Source of the DNA: Escherichia phage vB_EcoM_ESCO32
Reading direction: 5' to 3' (one strand)
DNA: 64,000 nt
Sequence record: OM386658.1
Shown here: positions 17,811 through 26,679 of the stretch, piece after piece
Layout of the letters: each line of letters opens with the position of its first letter
Position numbering within the stretch: the stretch's first letter is position 1
Notes under the pieces: generated by a model
Told to the model about the DNA's origin: nothing
Database searches by the model: none
Seen by the model: the letters and a program-made list of their open reading frames with translations, nothing else
Translations under genes and position numbers: made by a program

Positions 17811-18361
17811 TGTTTATTACAAGTGATTTGCATTTTATGCACAAACGTATCCGAGAGTTTGCTCCTGAATATCGCCCGTGGGAAGATATGGAGCATATGA
17901 CAGAAGCACTGATCGAAGCATGGAATAAATGTGCCACAACACCAGGAGTAAAGATGTACCATCTTGGGGACTTCTGTTTCGGGACTGAAGAAGATACCCG
18001 TAAGATTGCTTCCCGTCTCCAAGGGGATATTACTTACTGTGTTGGGAACCATGATTACAGTAAACACAGAAAAGTGCTTGCAGAGTATGGAGAAGTTGTG
18101 TATTATGACGAAGTGAAATATCAGAAGCTGTTCTTCGTCTTAAGTCATTACCCTATGGCTGCCTGGAATAAACAAGGGCATGGATCAATCATGCTACATG
18201 GACACTCTCACGGATCATTTCCTGATCATTTGTATGGGAAAATGTTGGATGTTGGTTGGGATGCACACGGGAAAATCTTGCATTTTGACGAAATCATCTC
18301 TATTATGGATAAGCGTGATATTATTGTTGTAGATCATCATAAGATAATCAAAGGAGATTAA
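17810..18361 (+). CDS. calcineurin-like metallophosphoesterase (putative RNA-end phosphatase of repair cassette)
   Basis: Motifs SDLHFMH, HLGDFCFG, GNHDY, HGHSH characteristic of metallophosphoesterases; directly upstream of RNA ligase and kinase. Confidence 0.6.
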   Translation: MFITSDLHFMHKRIREFAPEYRPWEDMEHMTEALIEAWNKCATTPGVKMYHLGDFCFGTEEDTRKIASRLQGDITYCVGNHDYSKHRKVLAEYGEVVYYDEVKYQKLFFVLSHYPMAAWNKQGHGSIMLHGHSHGSFPDHLYGKMLDVGWDAHGKILHFDEIISIMDKRDIIVVDHHKIIKGD

Positions 18362-18362
18362 T

Positions 18363-19295
18363 GTGGCTAAGTTCAATTGTGATGACCTGATTGCAAAAGG
18401 TTTAGTGCATAAAAAAGAAGTTAAGTCTGGAGAGTATGCTGGTCTTGCTGTACTTAAATACAAAAACAATGTATTCTGGGATAACTTGTGGAACGTTGAC
18501 AAACGACTTTTAGATTGTCGTGGGTTGGTTGTTGACTCAGAAGATAATATTGTTATTTGGCCTTTTACTAAAATCTTTAATCGTTTTGAGAATGGTACAG
18601 ATCTTCCAGGAGATGAATTTGTAGATGCTGTCCGTAAAGTAAATGGTTTTATGGCATCTGTAGGTGTGTACAAAGGGCAACTTGTTGTATCAACAACAGG
18701 GAGCCTAGAGTCAGACTTTGCAACTATTGCCAAGAACCGTATTGTTTCCGAGTGTGATGACATAGAGTATTTCATTAAGTGGACAGAAAGTGCAAAAGCA
18801 ACTTTCCTTTTTGAAATCTGTGATCCTTCTGATCCACATGTTGTCGAAGAAGAACCAGGCGCATACTTAATTGGAGCAAGAATTCAAAATCTTGATGGGA
18901 CAAGTTTCATGTTACCTGAAGGTGTTCTTGATGGGATTGCATCTATTACAAAGTTTAAACGTCCTGAAGTTTATCCGATGATTAAATTTTCAGATGTTGT
19001 TGAAATGTCTAAACATTGTAAACACGAAGGGTTTGTTGTTCGTGAAACAAACTACCCGTTTAACTTACTGTTAAAGATTAAGTCACCATACTATCTTGCT
19101 AAAAAATTCCTTATGCGTGGTGGCAATAAGAAGTGGGATATGATTTGGGACAACCCAAACAATGCTAAACAAATTGTTGACGAAGAATATTATACTTTGC
19201 TAGAATGGCTTCGAAACAACTTTACTAAGACTCAATGGGCTGCTTTAGATCCACAAGAGCGACGTAAAGAAATAGAAAACTTCTTTGGAGGCTAA
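18363..19295 (+). CDS. RNA ligase, T4 Rnl1-like
   Basis: GTG start; blocks DCRGLVV, WPFTKIFNRFEN, RKVNGFMAS (motif I with Asn in place of Asp), EGFVVR, LLLKIKSPYY align by eye with T4 RnlA motifs. Confidence 0.65.
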   Translation: MAKFNCDDLIAKGLVHKKEVKSGEYAGLAVLKYKNNVFWDNLWNVDKRLLDCRGLVVDSEDNIVIWPFTKIFNRFENGTDLPGDEFVDAVRKVNGFMASVGVYKGQLVVSTTGSLESDFATIAKNRIVSECDDIEYFIKWTESAKATFLFEICDPSDPHVVEEEPGAYLIGARIQNLDGTSFMLPEGVLDGIASITKFKRPEVYPMIKFSDVVEMSKHCKHEGFVVRETNYPFNLLLKIKSPYYLAKKFLMRGGNKKWDMIWDNPNNAKQIVDEEYYTLLEWLRNNFTKTQWAALDPQERRKEIENFFGG

Positions 19296-19700
19296 ATGAA
19301 ACAACTTATCATCTTACGTGGTGTTTCAGGTGCAGGTAAATCTACAGTAGCAGAAATTATTTCTGAAGGTTATTGGCCTATCTGTGAGGCAGATCAATAT
19401 CATTACACAGAAAGTGGTGTTTACGATTGGAAGCCAGAGAATGTAGGTAAAGCACACGCATGGTGTCAGAGTATTGTTCGTGATGCTATGGCATCTAATA
19501 TTAAAAAGATTATTGTCTCTAACACTTCAACCACAGAGAAAGAACTTAAACCTTATTTAACTCTTGCTGAAGAGTTTGGTTATCAAGTTATCTCTTTAGT
19601 AGTTGAAAATAGGCACGGTAACGACTCAATTCATGAGGTTCCACAACATATCCGTGATCAGCAAGAGAAACGTCTTCGCAGTTCACTTAAGCTACAATAA
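19296..19700 (+). CDS. polynucleotide 5'-kinase (T4 Pnk kinase-domain-like, P-loop)
   Basis: Walker A GVSGAGKST; VVSNTSTTEKELKPYLTLAEEFGYQV resembles T4 Pnk kinase domain. Confidence 0.6.
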   Translation: MKQLIILRGVSGAGKSTVAEIISEGYWPICEADQYHYTESGVYDWKPENVGKAHAWCQSIVRDAMASNIKKIIVSNTSTTEKELKPYLTLAEEFGYQVISLVVENRHGNDSIHEVPQHIRDQQEKRLRSSLKLQ

Positions 19701-19709
19701 GGAGAATTT

Positions 19710-20030
19710 ATGGAAATTTATTCTGGTAAAGGTAAGTATTTTACAGTAGTCGATGATGGTGAAATTATTATTTATCGCTACGGAAGTGAGTGGAGGAACG
19801 AAACAGGAGACGGCTATATCTTATCTTTGCTGCATTTGATTGATAGTCTTATGGAAGACCTTGAAGAAACAAAACGTTCATATGATGATCAAGTAGATTC
19901 ATTAGAAAACATTATTTCAGATCTAAATGAAGAAGTTTCTTGTTTGAATGAACAAGTTTCAGAGTTAACACTGGAATGTGAAGATTTAAATGATGTTATT
20001 GCAGATTTAAATGAACGTCTTAAGGATTAA
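19710..20030 (+). CDS. hypothetical acidic coiled-coil protein
   Basis: ORF track; heptad-like LNEEVSCLNEQVSELTLECEDLNDVIADLNERL. Confidence 0.3.
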   Translation: MEIYSGKGKYFTVVDDGEIIIYRYGSEWRNETGDGYILSLLHLIDSLMEDLEETKRSYDDQVDSLENIISDLNEEVSCLNEQVSELTLECEDLNDVIADLNERLKD

Positions 20031-20033
20031 TAT

Positions 20034-20258
20034 ATGAGCACAGCTATCTATGTTAAAGGTGTAAGCGAAGATCAACAAATGTTATTTTCATTTGGTGAGA
20101 ATACTGAAATGGAAGATATGTTTAATGATATCCTTGATGCCCTTTCTTCGGAAGGGTTCACAATGATTACATACTTTATGGCAACATCTTCTGAATATGT
20201 TGATACAGATCTTGAAGATTTGATGGAAGAAATTCAAACTCTTGTGTATAATTGGTAA
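20034..20258 (+). CDS. hypothetical acidic protein
   Basis: ORF track. Confidence 0.3.
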   Translation: MSTAIYVKGVSEDQQMLFSFGENTEMEDMFNDILDALSSEGFTMITYFMATSSEYVDTDLEDLMEEIQTLVYNW

Positions 20259-20455
20259 GGTTAACTATGACATTTATTGAAGAACTAACGAGAATTGCAA
20301 ACGCGCCTAACAGTAGTGAAGATCCTTACTTTATGGTGGATGATTACACTGGTGGTAATATTGATGATGCCTATGAACTAGGCAGACTACACGGTGAAAT
20401 TGAAATGGCTAAATGGGTTCTTTCGCAACTGGAGGTTAAAGATGAAACAAACTAA
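20252..20455 (+). CDS. hypothetical protein
   Basis: ORF track. Confidence 0.3.
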   Translation: MVRLTMTFIEELTRIANAPNSSEDPYFMVDDYTGGNIDDAYELGRLHGEIEMAKWVLSQLEVKDETN

Positions 20456-21557
20456 TCCTACATTATATGGTAAAACTTCTACAGGTAAAATTAGACAGTG
20501 GTCAGTCTATACCGAAGGTAGTGTTGTAACTGTTGCTCATGGTCAATTAGGTGGAAAGATCACTAGCAAATCTTATACGGCAGAACCTAAAAATATTGGT
20601 CGCTCAAATGAAACAACAGCAGAAGAACAAGCTGAAATAGAAGCTCTTGCCAAATGGACAAAGCAACTTAAGAATGGGTACTATAAAACAAAAGAGGAAG
20701 CTGAAAACCATGTTCCTTCCACACCCATGAAATGTCAGGATTATAAAGATTATGCTGATCGTGTTTTGTTCCCTGGTTATGCACAATATAAATTGAATGG
20801 TCTACGTTCAATGATTAACATGCAAGGTGAATGTTTATCTAAAGCTGGGGAGGTATATAAACTTCCACCTCACTGGGAAGAAATTCCAACCTTCATTAAA
20901 GAAGTAGTTGGTCATCCTCTTGACGGTGAAGTTTTTGCTGGTTTGGGTGTCCTTAGCCTTCAACAAATTAATAGTGCGTGGAAAAAGCATAATGCTAACA
21001 CACCACTTCTTAAATACTATGTATATGATGTTCCTGTGGCATCTGTACCATTTGAGAAGAGGGTTCAAGTTTTGGCTGCTCTAAAAGAAGTTGTTGAAGA
21101 TAAAGGTTTAGATGAACTTATTTGTGTAGTACATACAGAGTACATTGAAAACCAAGAACAGTTTGATGCTTTCTATGCAAAAGCTCTACGTGAGAAAGCG
21201 GAAGGTGTGGTGTATCGTAACGCAAAAGGTGTTTACGAATTCGATAAACGTTCTTATGATGTTATTAAACGTAAACCACGGCAGACGCTTGAAGTTAAAG
21301 TGGTAAGTGCAAAGCGTGATAAAAATGGTGACGGGGTATTGACAGGAGAGATGGAAAATGGTAAAGTAGTCGAATTCCTGATGCGTAAGGATTCAGATGA
21401 AACCATTAACTATCGTAAAGAAGAAAATGCTTTGACACTTATTGGTCAATTTGTTGAAATAGAGTACGAAGAATTTTCAGACGAAGGTATTCCTACCAAG
21501 CCTGTTGGGGTACGTGTACGTAAGATGATTCCAGGTACTTGGGAACCAGCAGAGTAA
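20442..21557 (+). CDS. ATP-dependent DNA ligase (T7-like)
   Basis: ATG after GGAGG; motif I KLNGLR (Asn replaces canonical Asp), motif III LDGEVF, motif IV EGVVYR, motif V DVIKRK, C-terminal PVGVRVRK similar to T7 ligase. Confidence 0.7.
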   Translation: MKQTNPTLYGKTSTGKIRQWSVYTEGSVVTVAHGQLGGKITSKSYTAEPKNIGRSNETTAEEQAEIEALAKWTKQLKNGYYKTKEEAENHVPSTPMKCQDYKDYADRVLFPGYAQYKLNGLRSMINMQGECLSKAGEVYKLPPHWEEIPTFIKEVVGHPLDGEVFAGLGVLSLQQINSAWKKHNANTPLLKYYVYDVPVASVPFEKRVQVLAALKEVVEDKGLDELICVVHTEYIENQEQFDAFYAKALREKAEGVVYRNAKGVYEFDKRSYDVIKRKPRQTLEVKVVSAKRDKNGDGVLTGEMENGKVVEFLMRKDSDETINYRKEENALTLIGQFVEIEYEEFSDEGIPTKPVGVRVRKMIPGTWEPAE

Positions 21558-21565
21558 GAGGTAAT

Positions 21566-21745
21566 ATGGTATTAGTAACAGTTCTTATGATGTTAATTGC
21601 TATTGCAATTATAATGTTAGCCTCGTTTCCAGTGGACAAATGGTACTGCAATTTTTGTAGATTTGTTGTTTTCCTCTGTGCTGGGGCGTATATGGGCGAA
21701 TCGGTAGTTCGCATTAGTGTTTTGTTAGAACAATATTTTAAATAA
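21566..21745 (+). CDS. small membrane protein
   Basis: Internal ATG after AGAGG; hydrophobic MVLVTVLMMLIAIAIIMLASF. Confidence 0.3.
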   Translation: MVLVTVLMMLIAIAIIMLASFPVDKWYCNFCRFVVFLCAGAYMGESVVRISVLLEQYFK

Positions 21746-21754
21746 GGAGAAACA

Positions 21755-22477
21755 ATGATCGAGAATTTTTTCAAACAAGTAAAAGTGGACAATAGCTTCT
21801 TTATCAAAGCTGCCGATCAAATTGTTGCTTGGAATGCTAAGGCACGTGGTGGAGTAACCCCAGAATTTACTCAAGAGATGTTTGAAGCTCAACTTTCTTT
21901 TGTACGAGAAGAACTTAAAGAGTTTCAAGCAGCAGCACAGGAAAATGATCACGTTGAATTACTTGATGCAGCAGCAGATATTTTTGTGGTAGCATCCTAC
22001 CTGGCATTTATGTTCTTTGGTAAAGAAGGTGTTGATAAAGCTCTGGAAATGCCAACAGGAGATGTTCTGGCAGAGAACATTTACGATGTTATCATTGAAT
22101 TTGATAAAATGGTAGAAAATGACTTGCAATTTGCCTTAATGTCTCTTACACTTACCCGTATGGCACGAGATACTTTGGTGCGTTCTGTTTATAACGAGAA
22201 GAAGGTTATGCGTGAAGTGTTGAATAGCAATGAGTCCAAGTATCCTACCAAGAAGCAACTCCTGGCTATTTGGGAAACTAAGGATATTATTGAAGCTCTT
22301 GAAAAAGAGTGCGATGCTATCGAGATGCGAAGCAAAGATCGTGCAGAAGGTTCTTATACTGGGGTACATGCTGTATATAACGAAGTTCAAAAGGTATACG
22401 TATTCTTTGATGACAAAGGTAAAATTATGAAACCATCTACCTTTGTTAAACCTAATATCGCAGCAATCATTGCTTAA
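21755..22477 (+). CDS. MazG-like all-alpha nucleoside triphosphate pyrophosphohydrolase (putative)
   Basis: EExxE...D-type motif: VREELKEFQAAAQEN...ELLDAAADIFVVASYLA. Confidence 0.5.
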   Translation: MIENFFKQVKVDNSFFIKAADQIVAWNAKARGGVTPEFTQEMFEAQLSFVREELKEFQAAAQENDHVELLDAAADIFVVASYLAFMFFGKEGVDKALEMPTGDVLAENIYDVIIEFDKMVENDLQFALMSLTLTRMARDTLVRSVYNEKKVMREVLNSNESKYPTKKQLLAIWETKDIIEALEKECDAIEMRSKDRAEGSYTGVHAVYNEVQKVYVFFDDKGKIMKPSTFVKPNIAAIIA

Positions 22478-22482
22478 GAAAT

Positions 22483-22503
22483 AAAGCCCCTTCGGGGGCT
22501 TAT
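22483..22503 (+). terminator. weak stem-loop (GCCCC-TTCG-GGGGC) after MazG-like gene
   Basis: Hairpin seen in sequence; poor T-tract. Confidence 0.3.
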
Positions 22504-22513
22504 TGGAGGTATT

Positions 22514-22792
22514 ATGTTAACAGCAGAAGATATCTTTAAACACGGTTTGCGTCAGGTAATCAAATCCTTGAAGAATGCAGGTATTGAAGATATCACACAG
22601 GAAATTGTTGGTTTAGAAAAAGAAGGTAAGAGAACAGAGTTTAAGTTTTACACAGAAGAACAGTGGCTGAGTAATCCGCAAAACAAAGCTAATGAGGCTG
22701 TTAGTCTGTTTGGTAAATCTTATAAAGGATTTAAATATCCTGATCATATTGTCGAATATGATGGTGTAAAATATTTTGTAGTTATTATTTGA
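22514..22792 (+). CDS. hypothetical protein
   Basis: ORF track. Confidence 0.3.
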   Translation: MLTAEDIFKHGLRQVIKSLKNAGIEDITQEIVGLEKEGKRTEFKFYTEEQWLSNPQNKANEAVSLFGKSYKGFKYPDHIVEYDGVKYFVVII

Positions 22793-22802
22793 GGAGAAAA
22801 CT

Positions 22803-23687
22803 ATGTTTGCTAAAAATTTCAAATCTTGCGTAACCCTGATTTCTGGTGATGGTCTGTCTATTTCCGCACTGAACACAGTAACAGACAAACCGCTGGATTT
22901 TGTTGTGGCACAGGGTCAACAAGCGCATACCATTGGTCTTGTTCGTTTTGAAGATGATGGTTCCTATGTAAAAGTGTTCTCTGGTTTAGAGGTTATTAAA
23001 GTAGGGCAATCTGTTAAGAAAGTTAACAAGAAAAAAGTTAAACGCATTCTTAATGAAAAACTCAAAGAGATGGAACAAGAGTTTATTGCTGCAAATCCTA
23101 CTAAAGAATTCTTCTTGGACAAAGAAAGTAAGAAAGCAATTGAGGCTGATATCGTGTTTTCTCTGCTCCCAGAAACAGAGGCAGATGATTTCTATAACTA
23201 TGTTGTTGTAGACACTGAAAACAGTATTACCTACGTTCTTAATGGTACTAAGAAAATTAGTGAAGATATTGCTGTGTTTCTTCGTGAGGTGTTGGGTACT
23301 TTCCCAGTCCTGCCGTTTAGTGTACACGAAGAGGCCATTATTAAAGGTTTTGATACCATCTTAGAAGAACATGAGGCTGAACGACTGACCCTTGGTAATT
23401 ATATTAAACTTGAAGATTCTGAAGGTGTGGTTGTATGGAGTAAAGAATCCCTTTATGAATCTCGTGCAGTAGAACTTATGGAAGATGGTAAGCACGTTGT
23501 TGCCATTGGCCTGGAATATGACGGTTTCGTTAACTTTATTGTTGATAAAGAATTTAAGTTGAGTGGTATTAAATTCCCTAAATACTTTAACGATGAAGAA
23601 GGATCTTTTGAAGCATCTGTCCTTCTGTGCTTTAATGAAATCCGTGGTATTATGCAAGACCTTATTAAGTCAACTATTCAAAAATAA
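22803..23687 (+). CDS. hypothetical protein (294 aa)
   Basis: ORF track; RBS GAGGAG upstream. Confidence 0.35.
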   Translation: MFAKNFKSCVTLISGDGLSISALNTVTDKPLDFVVAQGQQAHTIGLVRFEDDGSYVKVFSGLEVIKVGQSVKKVNKKKVKRILNEKLKEMEQEFIAANPTKEFFLDKESKKAIEADIVFSLLPETEADDFYNYVVVDTENSITYVLNGTKKISEDIAVFLREVLGTFPVLPFSVHEEAIIKGFDTILEEHEAERLTLGNYIKLEDSEGVVVWSKESLYESRAVELMEDGKHVVAIGLEYDGFVNFIVDKEFKLSGIKFPKYFNDEEGSFEASVLLCFNEIRGIMQDLIKSTIQK

Positions 23688-23690
23688 TAC

Positions 23691-23720
23691 TTGACTTACT
23701 AATTTAATATGTGTTAATAT
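23691..23720 (+). promoter_or_regulatory. sigma70-like promoter (TTGACT - 17 nt - TTAATA)
   Basis: -35/-10 hexamers with 17-nt spacer upstream of secreted-protein gene. Confidence 0.4.
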
Positions 23721-23761
23721 GCCTACCTACTTAGTTAGGTGGGCTTTTAAGGAGACACACC

Positions 23762-23974
23762 ATGAAAAAACTTCTTGTCGGTTTACTTTTAGTAATCAGT
23801 TCTTATTCTTATGCTGGTCAAATAACTTTAATTAATTCTGGAGAACAAGTTTCTGGAAGTACAAAATACTGTTTTTACTCTAACGGTATGTACGACAAGG
23901 TTATAGAGGTTTCTGCAAGTCGTCAGTGTCCCTACACACGAACATTCTCAACAGAGAGTTCAGATGATGAATAG
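23762..23974 (+). CDS. small secreted protein (signal peptide)
   Basis: MKKLLVGLLLVISSYSYA then mature domain; own promoter and RBS AAGGAG. Confidence 0.45.
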   Translation: MKKLLVGLLLVISSYSYAGQITLINSGEQVSGSTKYCFYSNGMYDKVIEVSASRQCPYTRTFSTESSDDE

Positions 23975-24066
23975 GAGGTAATATTAGCGGTTACATTTTA
24001 ATCCAACCGGAAGACCTGCACAAATATGTTGACGAGAACACAATTCTTGCAATAGACTACGATCAA

Positions 24067-25101
24067 GTGGCGTTCCAAGCGTCTTCAGCTTTAGAACAAA
24101 GAAAAATCCACGCTGTACACAAGGCTTCCGGTAATGTAAAAGAGTTTGAAACAAGAACAGATTTTTGGGGTAAATCTTCAAAAAATATTGGAGGATGGTT
24201 AGGAGCACTTAACGCGCAACGCGAAGCTGCTGGTAAGAAGTTGTTCTCCAAGGAAGATTTTGAAATAAAAGATGTTCAAATAGTCCCAGAGAATATTTCT
24301 TTTACGTTTCAAGCTGCAAAGACAAAAATAACCCAGATGGTGGATCACCTAAAACTTCAAAAGTATTGCGGTGTCATCGGGGTAGGAAAAACCTTCCGGC
24401 ATTCTTTCAAAATGCCAAAAGAATATAAATCAGAACGATCAGATTTAAGACCAATCCAATTATCAGATACTAAAGATTATCTAGTTGAAAAACATAACGG
24501 TGACGTTGTTACTGGTATTGAGGCAGATGATGCTTTAGAAATCTATGGATATGCAGGGTATAAAGCCTACAAGGAAACTGGTAAGTTTTCTCATATTGTA
24601 GCATCTATCGACAAAGATAGCTTACACACACCAAGTTTACTCTTTAACTTTTATAAAGAGGATGGTGTTTATAAAAATCCTTGTGTTATTCTGATTGATG
24701 AATCTATCGGTGATATCTGGATCGTAGAAAAAGGTAAGAAAAAAGAAGTTAAGGGTTGGGGTAGTTACTGGTTAGCTTATCAAATGCTAATGGGCGATAA
24801 GACAGATAGTATTCGACCTTACCAAGATTTCGATGTTAAGTTTGGAGATATTACTTGCTTTAATCTTATTTCCAAATGTAAAACACAGGCTGAACTTTTT
24901 CAGACAGTTAAAGATCAGTATTATGAATGGTTCCCAGATGGCGTTAAATTTACTTCTTGGGATGGTGAAGAAGTAGAAATGACAACTGATGAATGGATAG
25001 AGACAATTTTTCAGTTGGTATATATGAAACGTTGGGCGAATGATGAAACAACTTTTGAAAGTATGCTACAAGCATATATTTCAGAGCAGGAGGAACATTG
25101 A
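24067..25101 (+). CDS. RNase H / 5'-3' flap endonuclease (T4 rnh-like, FEN family)
   Basis: GTG start; IEADDALE, VILIDESIGD, LMGDKTDSI blocks resemble T4 RNase H acidic-residue motifs. Confidence 0.6.
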   Translation: MAFQASSALEQRKIHAVHKASGNVKEFETRTDFWGKSSKNIGGWLGALNAQREAAGKKLFSKEDFEIKDVQIVPENISFTFQAAKTKITQMVDHLKLQKYCGVIGVGKTFRHSFKMPKEYKSERSDLRPIQLSDTKDYLVEKHNGDVVTGIEADDALEIYGYAGYKAYKETGKFSHIVASIDKDSLHTPSLLFNFYKEDGVYKNPCVILIDESIGDIWIVEKGKKKEVKGWGSYWLAYQMLMGDKTDSIRPYQDFDVKFGDITCFNLISKCKTQAELFQTVKDQYYEWFPDGVKFTSWDGEEVEMTTDEWIETIFQLVYMKRWANDETTFESMLQAYISEQEEH

Positions 25102-26060
25102 GTAAATTAACAGACGAACAGAAAGCCTTGATTGTATCTATGAAAGCACAAGGTTATTCTTCGCGTAAGATTGCACAAGAGGTGTTGGGAAGTTCTACTA
25201 AGAAGAGCACAGTAAATGATTACTTAGCTCGTGTAAATTCACCACATCGTGGTGCTCCGCAAGATAAAGGTGGGCCAGTAATTAAAATTATTGACGTAGA
25301 GACAGCACCGGAGATTGTGTATAGCTTCTCACGTTTCAAAGCCTTTATTGCACCTGAACAAGTTATTCGTCGAGGTTACTTGCTTTCCTATTCATCTGCT
25401 GATTTAGAAACAGGGGAAGTAGAAGGTAAGAACCTTAGCAATTACCCTTTGTTTGACATAGATCATACAGATGATTGGGAATTATGTCAAGATCTCTGGC
25501 ACTTGCTTGACGATGCAGATATTGTGATCGCGCACAACGGTATTAAGTTTGATAAGGCTTATATTAACCAACGTTTTGCTTTTCACGGTATGGAGCCACC
25601 ATCACATTATGTTGTAATTGATACACTCAAGGCAGCTAAGAAGCAGTTTGCACTACCTTCTAATGCGCTTAAAGAAATGTGTTTGTATTTTGATACAGAA
25701 AACTTTAAACTTGATAATGAAGGTTTTCCTTTGTGGAAAGCATGTTGTGAAGGAGATAGACATGCCTTCTTCCGTATGCAAACATACAATGATGGTGATG
25801 TTGTTTCTCTTAGAGATCTTTACATCAAACTTCGTGCATGGATTCCACAACATCCTAACGTATCTGCATTCTATGACGATGAAAAACTTCGTTGTCCTCG
25901 TTGCGGTAAAGAGCACCTTGAAGTTGTTCCTGGTAAGGTTTACACAACAGCGGTTAGTACATTCCAAGTGCTAAGATGCACATCATGTAATAGCCTGTCT
26001 CGTGGACGTGTTAATTTGCGTAGCAAAGAGAAGCGTGTAAACACTGTTATTGGAATTTAA
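25098..26060 (+). CDS. DEDD-family 3'-5' exonuclease with N-terminal HTH-like region and C-terminal Cys4 zinc ribbon
   Basis: Exo motifs IDVETAP, IAHNGIKFD, YNDGDV; C-terminal CPRCG...CTSCN. Confidence 0.5.
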   Translation: MSKLTDEQKALIVSMKAQGYSSRKIAQEVLGSSTKKSTVNDYLARVNSPHRGAPQDKGGPVIKIIDVETAPEIVYSFSRFKAFIAPEQVIRRGYLLSYSSADLETGEVEGKNLSNYPLFDIDHTDDWELCQDLWHLLDDADIVIAHNGIKFDKAYINQRFAFHGMEPPSHYVVIDTLKAAKKQFALPSNALKEMCLYFDTENFKLDNEGFPLWKACCEGDRHAFFRMQTYNDGDVVSLRDLYIKLRAWIPQHPNVSAFYDDEKLRCPRCGKEHLEVVPGKVYTTAVSTFQVLRCTSCNSLSRGRVNLRSKEKRVNTVIGI

Positions 26061-26063
26061 TAA

Positions 26064-26090
26064 AAAAGGGGCGAAAGCCCCTTTATTTTT
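26064..26090 (+). terminator. rho-independent terminator, GGGGC-GAAA-GCCCC hairpin plus T-tract
   Basis: Hairpin followed by TTTATTTTT; same element recurs at 39152 and 50436. Confidence 0.6.
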
Positions 26091-26099
26091 GGAGGATTT

Positions 26100-26501
26100 A
26101 TGACTACAGCACTGGATATTCAAATTGATGGTGATCACTACAAACGTATGCGTATGCAACCTTTGGAACTTGCATATCTAATTGGTGCAACTCCTTGTTT
26201 CACTAAGTTAGCTAAGTATGCTTGTCGAAACAAAGGTGATCGTGTGATCAACCTAAACAAAGCGATTCACGTTATTCATATTGAAAAAGAATTAAGTGAT
26301 AAGTATTACAATATGTTGTATGAAGCCTACCCTAACTTAAAAAATCCTGTAAAAATTGAGTTAGCTAATCAGCTAATTGATTTATACACAGACGATGATC
26401 TTGTTCGTAAGGCTTTAAAAGCAATGTACAAAGGTAAGTATATTGAAGCAGCAGATGCTATTGAAACATTGAAGGAGAGTGTAGATGGCTTCTCACGGTA
26501 A
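26100..26501 (+). CDS. hypothetical protein
   Basis: ORF track; RBS GGAGG. Confidence 0.35.
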   Translation: MTTALDIQIDGDHYKRMRMQPLELAYLIGATPCFTKLAKYACRNKGDRVINLNKAIHVIHIEKELSDKYYNMLYEAYPNLKNPVKIELANQLIDLYTDDDLVRKALKAMYKGKYIEAADAIETLKESVDGFSR

Positions 26502-26679
26502 ACAATACGGAGAGGGTGAAGTATATAAAATATACAATAAACGTGGAGATAAACTCCTATATACAATCACAATCCCAGAAAACATGTGTAAAGCTGGTTT
26601 AGACCGTATGCTTTTCTTTAAATATAACATTCCACCAGGAGATTATGTAGCTAAAAAGGTGAGCACTATTGGAAAATAA
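26485..26679 (+). CDS. hypothetical protein
   Basis: ORF track. Confidence 0.3.
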   Translation: MASHGKQYGEGEVYKIYNKRGDKLLYTITIPENMCKAGLDRMLFFKYNIPPGDYVAKKVSTIGK

